A stretch of DNA of 63,945 bases, the filler included, from Octopus bimaculoides (lineage: Eukaryota): NCBI RefSeq assembly GCF_001194135.2. It is 7 parts of 6 records of this genome, joined end to end, with 100 filler letters (N's around TTAATTAATTAA, not from the genome) between each part and the next. Parts side by side here need not be neighbours in the genome. Positions count along the whole stretch, not along the records: positions 60,258 to 62,767 come from NC_068983.1; positions 62,868 to 63,945 come from NW_026347673.1; 5 more parts are not named here. The stretch is one strand, 5' to 3'. The stretch's first letter is position 1; each line of letters begins with the position of its first letter. Below, in pieces: positions 61,127-63,945 of the stretch. The notes under the pieces were generated by a model. It saw nothing but the letters and a program-made list of their open reading frames with translations. It searched no databases and was not told the origin of the DNA. Position numbers and translations under genes: made by a program.

Positions 61127-61525
61127 ACGTGTGTGTGTGGCCTGTTTGTGTCTGTGAGTTAGAGGTAGATGACCGAACATAATCAATTCATAGAATAAAA
61201 CAATACTGTGTAGGATTGAGTTCCGTCTTAGTTCCGTTTCTTTACATCAAGGTAGACTTTGCCTTCTGTTTTTTTTACTATACTAATTACCATGATCGAT
61301 ATAATCGATTAATCTTTGAAAGCCGCAGTCCAAATGCTGAGATAATAAAAAAAGGGAATAATGGAATTGCTTATATACATACATACATACATACATACAT
61401 GCATGCATGCATAAACATGTATATGCATTTATATGTGTGTGTGTATTTATATACACATATAAACATATATGCATATATATTTATGTGTGTATACATATAT
61501 GCATATGTATTTATATGTATGTATG

Positions 61526-61610
<85 letters not shown>

Positions 61611-61776
61611 CATATATGTATATACATATATATATATATGTATTTACATGTATACATATATATGTATCTATATAGATATATCTATATATATATATGTATG
61701 TATATATATATGCATATATATATGTGTGTGTATATATATATATGCGTGTGTGTGTATATATGCATATATACATTAA

Positions 61777-61810
<34 letters not shown>

Positions 61811-62695
61811 CTCATATAGATATTTATACACACACACATATACATATATATAAACACAGAGAGAAAAGGAAAGAGGGAGAAAAATGGAGCCAGACAGACA
61901 GACAGACGGGCAGACAGAGACATTGAAAGGGGGAGATGAAGGGAATGTGACAAATATAATATATAAAAAAAGGGGGTAAGAGAGAACAGAGAGAACATAG
62001 TGAACATTAGAAATAGTGAGGAAGTGAGGGCGAATAGAGATAGAAACAAGTATACCCCTTACACACACACCACCACCACCACTACCGTCACCACCACCAC
62101 CACCACCACCACTACCACCACCATCGCCACCAACACCGTACCTACAATGACACACCACACACACAAACGCAAACACCATCATCGCTGTCTTCTTGCATAC
62201 ATTAACCGACTTTGGTGCATTACTGCTTTCAGAACTGGATTGTTATTTTAAGGCGTGGGTAATGGATGAAATCACTTGGCTAGGCGAGTGATTCCCTCGT
62301 ACATCTACACAGCTATACATAAGTAGTAAACTCACTTATATACACTCACATACACTTAGGTACACTCAGGCTACGTCACCCCACTTTTGTTTATCTAAAT
62401 ATACATGTATATTTTTTCCCTTGAGTATGTGTGGTTGCATGTTTTTTTGTGAATATATCTAAGCATTTCACTATTATCTCTGCGTGTGTATGCGAGGGCG
62501 CGTGTATCTACAAGGAATATATAAATATGTATGAATGTATATATATAATATATATACATATATATATTTGTCCATATAAATATGCATGAATTCATAATTA
62601 TATTTACTTAAGTATATATACGTGTATGTACTGTGTGTGTGTGTGTATCTACATAGCAATCTTTATGTTCATATATGTATGTGTATATAATGATG

Positions 62696-62762
62696 TGGCC
62701 AGTATGGGGTGCGAACCCACGATTTTCGCGTTATCAGCACGAATTCTGACCAACTGAGCTAA
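62696..62762 (-). pseudogene. tRNA-Ile(GAT)-derived pseudogene
   Basis: Minus strand: ..ttagctcagttggtcagaat-tcgtg-ctGATaa-cgcga-aaatc-gtggg-ttcgcac-cccat-actggcc-a. The anticodon and T stems pair. The 5' acceptor strand is replaced by TATAT, the D stem is mismatched, and T-loop A58 is C. Confidence 0.8.
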
Positions 62763-62879
62763 ATATANNNNNNNNNNNNNNNNNNNNNNNNNNNNNNNNN
62801 NNNNNNNNNNNTTAATTAATTAANNNNNNNNNNNNNNNNNNNNNNNNNNNNNNNNNNNNNNNNNNNNCAAGCAGACTGT

Positions 62880-63945
62880 TCTGAGTCTTACTGAACTCCG
62901 TATATTAAAAGACTACGCCTCAGGCACACACATTGAAAATACACGTATATAAATGAATACACACACAATGAAAGACAGTGAAAATTCAACATTATAAAAA
63001 GCCCCCCAAAATTGTTGAGGCAGAAGGCAACATCTCTGAGATTGAAACAAGACATTTACGGCCGTAAATAGACTACACCCGGCAGCACAGAAAGGAAAAC
63101 CTATGTAGGTTAGGCGTGACGAATAAGTTGAACCATTTCTCCTGCCAAACAATACTGATGTAAGATGGTCGAACCTTACATTATAACAAACACTAACCAA
63201 AACCTGTAATATATGCCCTTTAATATATTAATTTTTTTTTTAAGGTTCTAAAGTGTTATTTACCTCATTTATAAATTAATTCAATTCTTCGATCTTCCTG
63301 GGCAAATATATCTATCATATTTTCATAGAAATCTTTTCCTCAATTGTTGTAATAAATATTTTTCAATTGTCATTAGTGCTAACCCAGACAGTCTTCCTTC
63401 TTCCGTCGCATTTCTTTGGTATGTTTTGATTCTACTTAATGCAGAAAAGGATCGCTCTACAGAAGCAGCGGTAGACGGAATTGTCAAAATCAACTTGCAC
63501 AGATTGAAGAGTTCTGGCATAGCTTCAACAAGGTCACTGCTGTAAATGTAACTCATTAAATGACTTAACTTCGCTTTTTAAAATGTATAGAGTCCACAGG
63601 AAATTGTTTGCAATATTCATCAACTTTGTTGAAATTCAAAAGTTCCATGAATTTAAACTCTTCTAAGGATGAATATCGTGCTTTTATTTGGTCAACTACC
63701 GTACTGATAATTTTGTTACAATGCATTCTAATAATGTCGTTGACGCTCAATAGATATATTTTTGGATCTCTGAATTCCGATTCCTGCATCGACTCCATAT
63801 TTTCCCCCTAACATATCATAAAAGATTGAAAAATCATCAAGTTTGTTTCCGAATACAGTTCTAGTTTTATCTATTTGCTCTTTACAATACACTACGTCAT
63901 GACTTTTACTCTGGATATTAAATAAGACGTCAGTAAAAGAAAAAA
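62880..63945 (-). mobile_element. hAT transposase C-terminal remnant (hATC dimerisation domain)
   Basis: PELFNLCKLILTIPSTAASVERSFSALSRIKTYQRNATEEGRLSGLALMTIEK; upstream IISTVVDQIKARY; frameshifted; runs off the window. Confidence 0.88.

Noticed and set aside
4450-62659. Numerous long ORFs made of X runs or dipeptide repeats (YI, CV, HT, LS, ER)
   Set aside because: They are translations of N gaps and microsatellites, with no coding signal.

Overview
Gap-rich, microsatellite-rich eukaryotic DNA, most likely from an octopus (inferred from the hemocyanin sequence and the SINE families). Two host genes are recognisable. The first is the last functional unit (FU-g) of a molluscan hemocyanin (1-1205, +), which has intact copper ligands but an in-frame TGA at 397-399. 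The second is exon 1 of a Six3/6 (Optix) homeobox gene (50712-51283, +). A TATA/Inr promoter with a signal-peptide exon at about 21.1-21.3 kb may be the start of a second, tandem hemocyanin gene. The rest is mostly decayed mobile DNA: Penelope-like elements, Dong/R4, Tx1/L1 and RTE-type LINEs, three SINE families, a Helitron, mariner, Tigger/pogo, hAT, a Ty3/gypsy remnant and a tRNA-Ile(GAT) pseudogene. Six artificial 44N-TTAATTAATTAA-44N linkers split the window into seven segments whose adjacency is not proven. The most unusual signal is about ten type I minimal hammerhead-ribozyme-like motifs with palindromic stem III. Four non-coding inverted-repeat elements carry such motifs between their arms (7135-7547, 8295-8765, 27376-27626, about 40790-41960). 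All alignments and folds were done by eye; no searches were run.
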